Source: Candidatus Pacearchaeota archaeon
GTDB lineage: Archaea > Nanobdellota > Nanobdellia > Pacearchaeales > GW2011-AR1
Assembly (NCBI GenBank): GCA_038869535.1
Contig: JAWCQY010000002.1
Location: forward strand, 1 to 48,462
Direction of reading: 5' to 3'
DNA: 48,462 nucleotides
Of the stretch, positions 36,408 through 44,428 are shown in pieces; position 1 is the first letter of the stretch; each line of letters opens with the position of its first letter. Under the pieces are notes generated by a model. The model did not search any database. It was not told where the DNA came from and saw only the letters and a list, made by a program, of their open reading frames with translations. The position numbers and the translations under genes are program-made.

Positions 36408-36428
36408 ATTAAGATATTAATATAAAAA

Positions 36429-36776
36429 ATGTTAAATGGATTTGGGGGTTTAGGTGGGTTAAACCCAAAAAAGATGCAAGAAATCATGAAAAAGCTCGGA
36501 ATGAATCAGGAAGAAATATCTGCTTCTAGAGTGATAATAGAGGGTGTTGAGGGTAAGAATATTATAATTGAAAATCCTTCTATTTCAAAGATTTCTATTC
36601 AAGGGAATGAAAGTTTTCAAATTTCAGGAGATGTGTTTGAAGTAGATAATAAAAAAATCCAAGAGGATGATATAAAAACAATAATTGAGAAAACAGGGGT
36701 ATCTGAAAAAGATGCAAAAAGGGCTTTACAAGAAGCCAATGGAGACTTAGTGGATGCTATAATGAGGTTAAGTTAA
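36429..36776 (+). CDS. nac: Nascent polypeptide-associated complex protein (NAC plus UBA)
   Basis: NAC domain (ASRVIIEGVEGKNIIIENPSISKISIQGNESFQISG) and C-terminal UBA (EKDAKRALQEANGDLVDAIMRL). Confidence 0.85.
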   Translation: MLNGFGGLGGLNPKKMQEIMKKLGMNQEEISASRVIIEGVEGKNIIIENPSISKISIQGNESFQISGDVFEVDNKKIQEDDIKTIIEKTGVSEKDAKRALQEANGDLVDAIMRLS

Positions 36777-36833
36777 TTCTAAATATAATCCTATCACCAA
36801 CAATTATTTTAATTCCTATCAATTAATCTTTAT

Positions 36834-37304
36834 ATGGAAAAATTTTTAGAAAATTTACTGGAAGCCGAAAAAAATATTAAAAATGCAGATCATATGATTT
36901 ATGTAACATTTCCGTTAATTAAGGATAAAAGGATACTTCTAAAAATACTTGAAGAAATAAAAAATGGGGTACTGTATTGCATAACCTCTATTTTACAGCA
37001 TGACTTTGTGTATAAGAAAATAAACCTTTATAAAAATGCTAAAGAAAATTTTAATGTTTTCGTTCAAAAATCTGCACAAAACTATGATATAACAAAAGAT
37101 GAGATTAGAATGATTAGGGAATTGCTGGACTTAATGGAAAAGCATAAGCAAAGTCCTTTCGAATTTATAAAAGGAAATAAAATAATTATTCTTTCTAATG
37201 GACTTAAACCAACAATTCTCACCCTTGAAAAAACAAAAGAATTTTTAATGCTTGGAAAAAATCTTTTAAAAAAAACAAAGGAAGGTTTCAAAAGAGATTT
37301 ATAA
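36834..37304 (+). CDS. Hypothetical helical protein (paralog A)
   Basis: 156 aa. It shares ADH[ML][IL]YV[TS] and ..IL[QK]H motifs with the next gene. Confidence 0.5.
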   Translation: MEKFLENLLEAEKNIKNADHMIYVTFPLIKDKRILLKILEEIKNGVLYCITSILQHDFVYKKINLYKNAKENFNVFVQKSAQNYDITKDEIRMIRELLDLMEKHKQSPFEFIKGNKIIILSNGLKPTILTLEKTKEFLMLGKNLLKKTKEGFKRDL

Positions 37305-37435
37305 ATTATTTCCATAGGAAATGGCGGTTCCCTTAATTTTATCAAAAAAATTTCGACGAAGGAAAGGTATAAAAAGCCAATCTACATTATATTGTATACT
37401 TCTAATTTAAACAAAAAGACGGGGAAAAAAGATTA

Positions 37436-37876
37436 ATGGAGGAAATAATTCAAGAGAAAATAAGCGCAGACCATCTTCTTTATGTTAGTTTAAAATATAC
37501 AAAAACTTGTGATGTTATTTTAAATCTTCTTCTTAGGTGGAGAAAAATGATTGAGATAAGCATAAATGAAATATTAAAGCATGCCAAAAAAAAGAAAAAA
37601 ATTCAGTCTATACCGACCAATCCCGTCGGAAAAATAGATGCAGTCAAAAAACTTTTTAAAAAGGATAAAAATTTTTTGGAGGTTATAGAGATGTATGAAA
37701 TGTTTAGAAAGATAGAGGATTTGAAAAAAGAGAGAATAGGCGAATTTCGAAAAAATGTTACCTTAAAAGTATATTATAGGGGGGAAGAAATAAACATAGA
37801 TCTTGATAAACTTAGAACTTATGCAAATAATCTTGAAAAGTTTATTTCGACGTTAAAACAATTTCTTCTTAAATAA
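37436..37876 (+). CDS. Hypothetical helical protein (paralog B)
   Basis: 146 aa. ISADHLLYVSLKYTK..INEILKH parallels NADHMIYVTFPLIK..TSILQH of the preceding gene. Confidence 0.5.
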   Translation: MEEIIQEKISADHLLYVSLKYTKTCDVILNLLLRWRKMIEISINEILKHAKKKKKIQSIPTNPVGKIDAVKKLFKKDKNFLEVIEMYEMFRKIEDLKKERIGEFRKNVTLKVYYRGEEINIDLDKLRTYANNLEKFISTLKQFLLK

Positions 37877-37917
37877 AATATAATAAAATTTAAAAAAATA
37901 CTATTACTTTAAAATTT

Positions 37918-38694
37918 ATGTCAAAGATACTAGTGATAACTTCAGGAAAGGGCGGCGTTGGAAAGACAACAACAGCTCTAAATCTTGCCGCAGCTATGAA
38001 ATATTTCGGAGTAGATACGATGGTAATAGATGGGAATTTATCTACCCCAAATATAGGTATTCATTTAAATGCTCCTAATGTCCCAACAAGTTTAAATCAT
38101 GTTCTTAGGGGTAAAGCAGAGCCTTTTGAGGCAGTTTATAAACATGAATCTGGTATAAAGGTTATTCCAGCTTCAATTTCTGTAAAAGAATACAAAAGAA
38201 CAAAATCAGATAGAATAAAATATTTGAAAAATGATTTCAAAAAAATGGCAGATTATGTGATAATGGATTGTGCTGCTGGTTTAGGTAATGAGGCTCTCTC
38301 TGCAATAGAGGCTGCCGATGAGCTAATGATTGTTACAAATCCAGAAATGCCCGCAATAACGGACGCTTTAAAAGCAATAAAAATTGCAGAAGAGCTAAAA
38401 AAACCAATTAAAGGAATAATTGTTACAAGAGTAAAAAAAGATAAGCTAGAATTAACTCCAAAATTTGTAAAAGAAATGCTTGAAATCCCCATACTCGGAA
38501 TGATCCCGGAAGATGATACGATAAGGAGATCAATAAATGAAAAAAATATCGCTGTTCATCTATACCCAAAAAGTAAGGCAGCTAGAGCATATAAGGAAAT
38601 AGCCGCAAGAATACTAAACGTACCTTATGATTCTGATAAAGATAAAGAAAGTTTAGTGAAAAAAATTTTTAATTGGTTAGGGGTTGATAGATAA
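37918..38694 (+). CDS. minD: MinD/ParA-family ATPase (archaeal MinD-like)
   Basis: Deviant Walker A SGKGGVGKTTT and Walker B-like VIMDCAAG. Confidence 0.85.
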   Translation: MSKILVITSGKGGVGKTTTALNLAAAMKYFGVDTMVIDGNLSTPNIGIHLNAPNVPTSLNHVLRGKAEPFEAVYKHESGIKVIPASISVKEYKRTKSDRIKYLKNDFKKMADYVIMDCAAGLGNEALSAIEAADELMIVTNPEMPAITDALKAIKIAEELKKPIKGIIVTRVKKDKLELTPKFVKEMLEIPILGMIPEDDTIRRSINEKNIAVHLYPKSKAARAYKEIAARILNVPYDSDKDKESLVKKIFNWLGVDR

Positions 38695-38722
38695 TCCCAA
38701 AATAATTAATAAAAGTAATAAA

Positions 38723-39073
38723 ATGAACGAAAAAGAAACCATTAATTTTCTGGAGTGGCAGAAGATGGATTTGCGTGTTGGTAAAATAATAGGAATTGAG
38801 GATATTCCTGGAGCAGATAAGATTTACAAGCTTACTATTGATCTTGGGAAAAACTTAGGGAAGAGGACTTTGGTTGCGGGGCTTAAGAAATATTATACTC
38901 CTGAAAAATTAAAAGATAAAATTTGTATCGTTTTTACAAATCTTGAACCTAAAAATTTTAAGGGAATTTTAAGTCAAGGGATGCTCCTTGCTGCTGTTAG
39001 TAGTGACGAGGAACATGTTCACCTTTTGAAACCAGATACGGATGATATTGAGCTTGGAAGTAAGATAAGATAA
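38723..39073 (+). CDS. Stand-alone tRNA-binding domain protein (Trbp111/CsaA/EMAP-like OB fold)
   Basis: MDLRVGKIIGIEDIPGADKIYKLTIDLG..RTLVAGLKKYY..LKDKICIVFTNLEPKNFKGILSQGMLLAA matches the appended C-terminal domain of long MetRS. The ATG at 38723 is preferred over the TTG at 38684. Confidence 0.8.
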   Translation: MNEKETINFLEWQKMDLRVGKIIGIEDIPGADKIYKLTIDLGKNLGKRTLVAGLKKYYTPEKLKDKICIVFTNLEPKNFKGILSQGMLLAAVSSDEEHVHLLKPDTDDIELGSKIR

Positions 39074-40465
39074 TCAAAATTTTTTAAATAAAATTTTAGA
39101 CTTTTTTATTTCTTTTAACTTAAACTGTTTTATTATTTTTTCACTCGATTCTGGGATAAATGGAGAGAGGAGTTTCGCAATTTCTTTTATGCATTCAACT
39201 AATTCAAATAGTGCTTTTTTATCTTTTGTTTCCCATAATCTTTTATTTTGGACATATTCATTACACCTATCAATAAAACTAAAAATTTCATTGAGAACTT
39301 TATCAAACTGATAATTCTCAAATAATCTATCTATCTTTTTAAAATCTAAATTTTTTATTAGTTTATTTTCTGTCTTTTCAGTTCCATATTTCTCTACCAA
39401 CACTGCAACTCGATTTACAAGATTACCTAATTTATCCGCTAGTTCGTTATTATGTCTTTCAATTAAAATTTTTTCTGAAAAATCGCCATCTTCCCCAAAA
39501 ACAAAGTTCCTTAGGATATAATAACGAATGCTATCCGCACCATATTTTTCTACAAGATAATCTGGAGATACTACATTTCCTAGACTTTTACTTATTTTCT
39601 GTCCGTTAAACGTTAAAAATCCATGTATAAATACGGTTTTTGGTAACTCTTTTTTTGCAGAGAGGAGCATTGCAGGCCATATAACTGCATGGAACCAACC
39701 ATTATCCTTGCCCAATAAATGGACATTAGCTGGCCAGAATTCTTGATTTTTTCCAGCTCCACTCAAATAATTTAATAAAGCATCAAACCAAACATAAACA
39801 ACGTGTTTTTTATCTAATGGGAAAGGAATCCCCCAACTAAAATTTGTTCTTGTAATGCTTAAATCTTGTAGACCTTCTTTAACCCTGTTAATAATTTCAT
39901 TTCTTCTTTCGGGCGGCAAAATAAAATTTGGATTTTCTTTGTAAATTTTTAATAAATCTTTTTTGTATTTACTTAATTTAAAATAATAAGTCTCTTCTCT
40001 AACCCTCTTTAATTCTTTTCCAGGATGAAAGATACATTGTCCATTATTCAAATCCTTTTCAGTATAAAATCTTTCACAACCGACGCAATATAATCCTTCA
40101 TAAAAACCTTTATAAATATCATTTTTTATTTCTTTAATGAATTCTTGAACAAAATTTTCGTGATCTTTATCAGTTGTTCTTATAAACCTATCATATTTTA
40201 TATTAAGTTTATCCCAAGAATCTAAAAATTTTTTTGATATTTTATTAACAAAGTCCACCGGGCTCATCCCAGCCTCTTTTGCGCTTTGGGCTATTTTTTG
40301 TCCGTGTTCGTCTGTTCCAGTTAGAAAGAATACTTTTTCACCTTTTAGCTTATGCCATCTAGCAATAACATCTGCTATAATCTTTTGATAAGCATGTCCT
40401 ATATGTGGTTCCGCATTAACATAATCTATAGCAGTTGTAACATAAAATTTTTTTCTCTCTTCCAT
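39074..40465 (-). CDS. metG: Methionyl-tRNA synthetase (core enzyme, no C-terminal tRNA-binding domain)
   Basis: AEPHIGHAYQ (HIGH), KISKSLGN (KMSKS), a partial zinc knuckle CVGCERFY..CIFHPG, and the anticodon-binding helices. The ATG at 40465 is preferred over the GTG at 40471. Confidence 0.9.
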   Translation of the reverse strand: MEERKKFYVTTAIDYVNAEPHIGHAYQKIIADVIARWHKLKGEKVFFLTGTDEHGQKIAQSAKEAGMSPVDFVNKISKKFLDSWDKLNIKYDRFIRTTDKDHENFVQEFIKEIKNDIYKGFYEGLYCVGCERFYTEKDLNNGQCIFHPGKELKRVREETYYFKLSKYKKDLLKIYKENPNFILPPERRNEIINRVKEGLQDLSITRTNFSWGIPFPLDKKHVVYVWFDALLNYLSGAGKNQEFWPANVHLLGKDNGWFHAVIWPAMLLSAKKELPKTVFIHGFLTFNGQKISKSLGNVVSPDYLVEKYGADSIRYYILRNFVFGEDGDFSEKILIERHNNELADKLGNLVNRVAVLVEKYGTEKTENKLIKNLDFKKIDRLFENYQFDKVLNEIFSFIDRCNEYVQNKRLWETKDKKALFELVECIKEIAKLLSPFIPESSEKIIKQFKLKEIKKSKILFKKF

Positions 40466-40486
40466 AAACACTAGAAAAAGGATATC

Positions 40487-40494
40487 TATAAAAA
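40487..40494 (+). promoter_or_regulatory. Candidate TATA box for tRNA-Gly
   Basis: TATAAAAA lies at -34..-27 from the tRNA 5' end. The AT-rich background makes this weak. Confidence 0.3.
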
Positions 40495-40520
40495 GTTAAC
40501 TTATCTATTTTATTTACAAC

Positions 40521-40591
40521 GCGTCATTAGTTTATCGGTAGAATGAAACCTTCCCAAGGTTTAGGGCCGGGTTCAATTCCCGGATGACGCA
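40521..40591 (+). tRNA. tRNA-Gly (anticodon CCC)
   Basis: GCGTCAT-TA-GTTT-ATCGGTA-GAAT-G-AAACC-TTCCCAA-GGTTT-AGGG-CCGGG-TTCAATT-CCCGG-ATGACGC-A. 71 nt, no CCA. Confidence 0.9.
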
Positions 40592-40648
40592 TTTATCTAT
40601 GCTTTCTATTCTCGAAAACTATTTAAACAAAAAATTATTAATTATTTT

Positions 40649-41308
40649 ATGTTCGGTAAAAAAAGATGTAAAAATTGTGGAAAAAAAATAGAAAAGGATT
40701 TTAATTTCTGTCCTTATTGTAGAGTATCATTAAAAAAATATTTAGACGAAGAGGATTGGGGCTTACTCGGGAGAGATGACTTTGTCTTTGAAGAAGATAT
40801 AAAACTCCCTCCAAGTTTTAATGCTTTATTTAATTCTCTCATAAAGAGTCTTAATGTTCATTTTAAAGAATCAGGAAAATTAGATGATAATATAAAAAAA
40901 GGTAAGATAACAAAGGGGATAGGGATAAGTATTTATGCTTCTGGAAATAACCCCCCAGAGATTAGGGTAACTCCTTTAGAAGATCCCCAAGATTTAGGAG
41001 AAAAAAGAGAAGAAGATAAAACTAAAAATATTAAACTACCAAAATCAAATGTCAGTAAATTTGTGGGTTTACCAAAAAAAGAGCCAGAAACAACTATTAA
41101 GAGACTTTCTAATAAAGTAATTTATGAGATAAATCTTCCGGGCGTAAAATCTATAAAAGATGTTTCAATAGCACAACTTGAGAATAGTATTGAAATAAAA
41201 GCTCTTGCAAAAGGAAAGGTGTTTCATAAAATAATCCCAATAAATCTGCCAATAAAAGGTTACAACTTATTAAAAGAAAAACTCGTTCTTGAGTTAGATG
41301 AGAGATAA
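40649..41308 (+). CDS. Zinc-ribbon protein with C-terminal HSP20/alpha-crystallin-like domain
   Basis: CKNCGKKIEKDFNFCPYCRV ribbon. The C-terminus KVIYEINLPGVKSIKDVSIAQLENSIEIKALAKGKVFHKIIPINLPI resembles an ACD/p23-like beta-sandwich. Confidence 0.5.
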   Translation: MFGKKRCKNCGKKIEKDFNFCPYCRVSLKKYLDEEDWGLLGRDDFVFEEDIKLPPSFNALFNSLIKSLNVHFKESGKLDDNIKKGKITKGIGISIYASGNNPPEIRVTPLEDPQDLGEKREEDKTKNIKLPKSNVSKFVGLPKKEPETTIKRLSNKVIYEINLPGVKSIKDVSIAQLENSIEIKALAKGKVFHKIIPINLPIKGYNLLKEKLVLELDER

Positions 41309-41357
41309 TTACTATTTTTAATACGACCATAATAAAATTAGAAGATAATCACAAAAC

Positions 41358-41363
41358 TTATAA
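41358..41363 (+). promoter_or_regulatory. Candidate TATA box for tRNA-Ile
   Basis: TTATAA lies at -30..-25 from the tRNA 5' end. Confidence 0.3.
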
Positions 41364-41387
41364 GGTATTTCAATCTTTTTTTGATAG

Positions 41388-41462
41388 GAGGCTGTAGCTC
41401 AGACTGGTTAGAGCACTGCTCTGATAAGGCAGGGGTCCGAGGTTCAAATCCTCGCAGCCTCA
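41388..41462 (+). tRNA. tRNA-Ile (anticodon GAT)
   Basis: GAGGCTG-TA-GCTC-AGACTGGTTA-GAGC-A-CTGCT-CTGATAA-GGCAG-GGGTC-CGAGG-TTCAAAT-CCTCG-CAGCCTC-A. 75 nt, no CCA. Confidence 0.9.
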
Positions 41463-41710
41463 TAAAAATTAAAGAGATTATTAAAATATTGTTATTCTTT
41501 CTGTAATAACATTAGTTTATAATTTATGGAATTTTACTTTTTTTCAAAGGAAAAATTTTTGATTTGCGAAAAAGTAATTTACTATAATGTATATATACTT
41601 TATTTTTTAAAATAATTTTCTTTATAACTAAATTAAAATAAATTTTTAAATAAAAGATTATTATCTTATACATTAATAATGCTTAAATATACAAAAAAAC
41701 ATAAAAAAAT

Positions 41711-41872
41711 ATGGAAACCGAGGAAAATGTATGTAAGAAATGCGGGGGTAAAAAGATAATAAAAGAAAAAGATGGCACAATCCATACTTGTTTCGAATGT
41801 TTAGAAAAAGGAAGACTAGATCAACATGATAAAAACCCTAAGACGGCTGACGAATTAAGAATAAAACTCTGA
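41711..41872 (+). CDS. Small CxxC..CxxC zinc-finger protein (53 aa)
   Basis: An ORF not in the track: METEENVCKKCGGKKIIKEKDGTIHTCFECLEKGRLDQHDKNPKTADELRIKL. CKKCGGKK resembles the DnaJ-type CxxCxGxG knuckle. Coding status is unproven. Confidence 0.4.
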   Translation: METEENVCKKCGGKKIIKEKDGTIHTCFECLEKGRLDQHDKNPKTADELRIKL

Positions 41873-42015
41873 TTTGACTATATTTCTTGTTATAATTATT
41901 TCACAAAATTTTTACACATTTAAACTGATTTTTTGTAGTATCCCCCAAAAGTAAACTATTCCTTTTTTATGATTTTCACATTTATGTTACAAAAAATTTT
42001 TGTTTAAATTTTTTA

Positions 42016-42088
42016 TAGCCCCGCCAGGATTCGAACCTGGGTCTAGGGAGCCAGAGTCCCTCATACTTGACCGCTATACTACGGGGCT
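42016..42088 (-). tRNA. tRNA-Gln (anticodon CTG)
   Basis: The reverse complement reads AGCCCCG-TA-GTAT-AGCGGTCAA-GTAT-G-AGGGA-CTCTGGC-TCCCT-AGAC-CCAGG-TTCGAAT-CCTGG-CGGGGCT-A. It has the A1-U72 pair typical of archaeal tRNA-Gln. 73 nt. Confidence 0.9.
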
Positions 42089-42205
42089 TTTATCATCTAT
42101 GTTTATAGAGTGAGAAAAGACTATTAAAATTTATCATTTAATCAAATCTATATCATAATTACTAACGAAGCATAAATTTAAATCTCTTGATTTCTTTTTT
42201 TATTT

Positions 42206-42661
42206 ATGTTCACGAAAACTCATATTCTTTTGGGTTTGTTTGTGGCCCTTTATTTCTTACCTTATTCAAATAATAAAGCTATATTTTTTCCAGTAGTTCT
42301 TATTGCAAGTGTTATTCCGGATATTGATATAATACTATTATCAAAAAAAGAGTATAATCTTCTAAGATTTTTTAAATCACAAACATATAAAAATTTTATG
42401 CATAGTTATACTCTATGCATATTTATTTCTGTTCTATTGGCCTTTTATTACCCCCTATTCGCATTTCCGTTTTTTTTGGGGTATTCATTTCACTTATTTT
42501 TTGATAGTTTAACCACGTTAGGAACAAATCCTTTTTGGCCACTTAAAGTGAAGTCACAAGGTCCAATAGTTCCCGGCGGGAAAGCCGAAGAATTAATAAA
42601 TTGGGTATTAATCACTTTAAATGCATTTTTTGCTTTTAAATATCTATTTTATGCAAATTAG
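42206..42661 (+). CDS. YdjM-like membrane-bound metal-dependent hydrolase (DUF457)
   Basis: MFTKTHILLGL, SVIPDID, MHSYT and FHLFFDSLTTLG are the conserved His/Asp positions of this family. 151 aa with about 4 TM segments. Confidence 0.6.
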   Translation: MFTKTHILLGLFVALYFLPYSNNKAIFFPVVLIASVIPDIDIILLSKKEYNLLRFFKSQTYKNFMHSYTLCIFISVLLAFYYPLFAFPFFLGYSFHLFFDSLTTLGTNPFWPLKVKSQGPIVPGGKAEELINWVLITLNAFFAFKYLFYAN

Positions 42662-42707
42662 TAAACTTTTTATATAAGAATCTACATATAAATATTGAGG
42701 TAAAAAG

Positions 42708-43028
42708 ATGGTAAATTTTTTAATAATTGCATTAGTTGCCATTTTATTAATTTTTATATTTTTTAAATGGAATAATATTAGGACAAAGATAGCTTTTATT
42801 TTTATTTTACTTGGGGTATCTTTCCTTCTTTTGACAGGGTATCTTTTTTTATCTGGTAAAGAAGTAAACTTAAATAATCTAAATGGAATAAAATCTGCAG
42901 TGAGTTTATATGTTGGATGGCTTGGAAATGCCGGGTCCAATATAGCTAAAATATCTGCTTATGCATTTAAACAAGATTGGAAGGGGGATCTTAAAAATAT
43001 TAATAGTACTAGTCAGACACAGGAATGA
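42708..43028 (+). CDS. Small membrane protein (2 TM) with soluble tail
   Basis: 106 aa with a GAGGT Shine-Dalgarno-like motif 7 nt upstream. Its tail shares a motif with the next ORF. The antisense ORF 42644..42940 is rejected. Confidence 0.5.
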   Translation: MVNFLIIALVAILLIFIFFKWNNIRTKIAFIFILLGVSFLLLTGYLFLSGKEVNLNNLNGIKSAVSLYVGWLGNAGSNIAKISAYAFKQDWKGDLKNINSTSQTQE

Positions 43029-43064
43029 TTTAAAATAAAAATAATTTAAATAGTTAGCTTTATA

Positions 43065-43301
43065 ATGAAAATATTTGTTATCCTTGTTATAAAATTTTTT
43101 TTGATATCTGCATTGTTTATTGTAAGTAACCTAAATCTAAATTTGAAGGATTCCGGAGATAGGGAGATATTTTTTAATAACTATTATTCCTGGTTTGAAA
43201 GGATTTTTGATCAAGTCATAAATATAGTAGGTTATGTTGTAGAATCTAAGTGGCTTCCAGAGAATAATTTTTCTGAAAGATCTCCTATTTTTGGTGAATA
43301 A
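43065..43301 (+). CDS. Small membrane-anchored protein, paralog of the preceding gene's tail
   Basis: 78 aa. YYSWFERIFDQVINIVGYVVESKW aligns without gaps to YVGWLGNAGSNIAKISAYAFKQDW of 42708..43028. Confidence 0.45.
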   Translation: MKIFVILVIKFFLISALFIVSNLNLNLKDSGDREIFFNNYYSWFERIFDQVINIVGYVVESKWLPENNFSERSPIFGE

Positions 43302-43387
43302 TAAATTAAATTTATAAGAATAAAAAAACTCGCTAAAACTTTAACATAAGTTTTAAAAACTATATATCCTAATACATTATTATTAAA

Positions 43388-43639
43388 ATGGCATCTAAAA
43401 GAAAGAAAAGTTTATCGAATAAAGTTCCGATTAGGCTTAGGGATAGACTAGACCTCGCATGGAGAAATTTTATTTTATTTTTTATATTATTCCTTTTTTC
43501 TTTTGCTCTTTATAATCTTACTACAAATGAATTGTTTAAAAATTTCTTTGGTATAATTTCTGTAATACTTGGATTTTTGTCCCTTGCAATTCTTATCGCG
43601 TTGATTGTTTTGGCCATTCTTAAATCAAATAGTAAATAA
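43388..43639 (+). CDS. Small membrane protein (basic N-terminus, 2 TM)
   Basis: 83 aa. MASKRKKSLSNK.. is followed by two hydrophobic helices. Confidence 0.45.
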   Translation: MASKRKKSLSNKVPIRLRDRLDLAWRNFILFFILFLFSFALYNLTTNELFKNFFGIISVILGFLSLAILIALIVLAILKSNSK

Positions 43640-43839
43640 AAATTTTTATTTGAAAAATCTAATTTCTATTGTTAAAAAAGTAAGCGATCAAATATAAACA
43701 TTTTAATAAAAAATAAAAATGACTTTTTCTTAAAAAACAATATCTTAAAGAATTAATGGGTATCAATAATTATTTAAATAATATTGATAAATTATATTAA
43801 CATTTTTATACAAGAAAAACATAAAAAGGCATATTTAAA

Positions 43840-43914
43840 GCCTGTGTAGCTCAGATTGGTTAGAGCACCACATTGGTAATGTGGGGGTCCTGAGTTCAAT
43901 TCTCAGCACAGGCT
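43840..43914 (+). tRNA. tRNA-Thr (anticodon GGT)
   Basis: GCCTGTG-TA-GCTC-AGATTGGTTA-GAGC-A-CCACA-TTGGTAA-TGTGG-GGGTC-CTGAG-TTCAATT-CTCAG-CACAGGC-T. 75 nt, no CCA. Confidence 0.9.
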
Positions 43915-43938
43915 TTATTATATCTATGAATAAATAAA

Positions 43939-44427
43939 ATGAAAGGACGTAGGATAAGTTTAGAAAAGTTGAAAGAAAATTATGAAATCTTAAAGAAAAA
44001 ATATTCTCTTCCAACTTTTGATGAGCTTAATGAAGATTTTGGAATTGAAAAAGCTGCAAGATTCGAGACGGATTTCTTAATAAGGGAGATAAGAAAGATT
44101 ATTGGTGATAAATTTTTTAATTATATGAAATTTTTTGAGAACATTATAAATCCTGTTAATTCTTCGATGTTTATTCTTTTTTTGGTAAAATCTCTCAATA
44201 AAGATGAAAAAAATAAAATATTTAGTATATATAAAGAATTAATCAAGTTTGAAATTTCTTTTATAAAATTAGATTTAAAATTTAATGAAAAAAATGAGGC
44301 AGATTTGATAAAGGATTATTATAAGAGTTGGCAGAGAATAAAAAAAGATATTCTTAAAATAATTGATAGGGTTAGTAAGGATGATGGTTATAATGAAGGG
44401 GGTAATATTAAGAAATATTTTGGCTGA
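43939..44427 (+). CDS. Hypothetical protein
   Basis: 162-aa helical ORF with no family recognised. Its stop codon lies 1 nt from the pheT stop. Confidence 0.5.
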   Translation: MKGRRISLEKLKENYEILKKKYSLPTFDELNEDFGIEKAARFETDFLIREIRKIIGDKFFNYMKFFENIINPVNSSMFILFLVKSLNKDEKNKIFSIYKELIKFEISFIKLDLKFNEKNEADLIKDYYKSWQRIKKDILKIIDRVSKDDGYNEGGNIKKYFG

Positions 44428-44428
44428 A

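Noticed and set aside
41490-41511. The inverted repeat TGTTATT-N8-AATAACA just downstream of tRNA-Ile, considered as a terminator hairpin. An imperfect AATTTTACTTTTT / AAAAAGTAATTT repeat lies nearby.
   Set aside because: These are pure A/T stems of this length, expected by chance in DNA of this composition. Archaeal termination does not require hairpins.
42644-42940. A 98-aa minus-strand ORF overlapping the 106-aa plus-strand membrane protein.
   Set aside because: The plus-strand ORF has a GAGGT ribosome-binding-like motif, clean TM helices and a paralog next door. The minus-strand product looks non-protein-like.
43803-43829. A TATA box for tRNA-Thr.
   Set aside because: The candidate TTTTTATA lies at -37..-30 and ATAAAAAGG at -19..-11. 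Both are off the canonical -26/-27 position, so I cannot choose between them.
3837-43914. Four of the six tRNAs have C34 anticodons (Glu-CTC, Lys-CTT, Gly-CCC, Gln-CTG) even though the genome strongly prefers A/T-ending codons.
   Set aside because: Archaea normally keep both the U34 and C34 isoacceptors for these boxes, and the U34 partners are presumably elsewhere. With six genes, the skew is compatible with chance.
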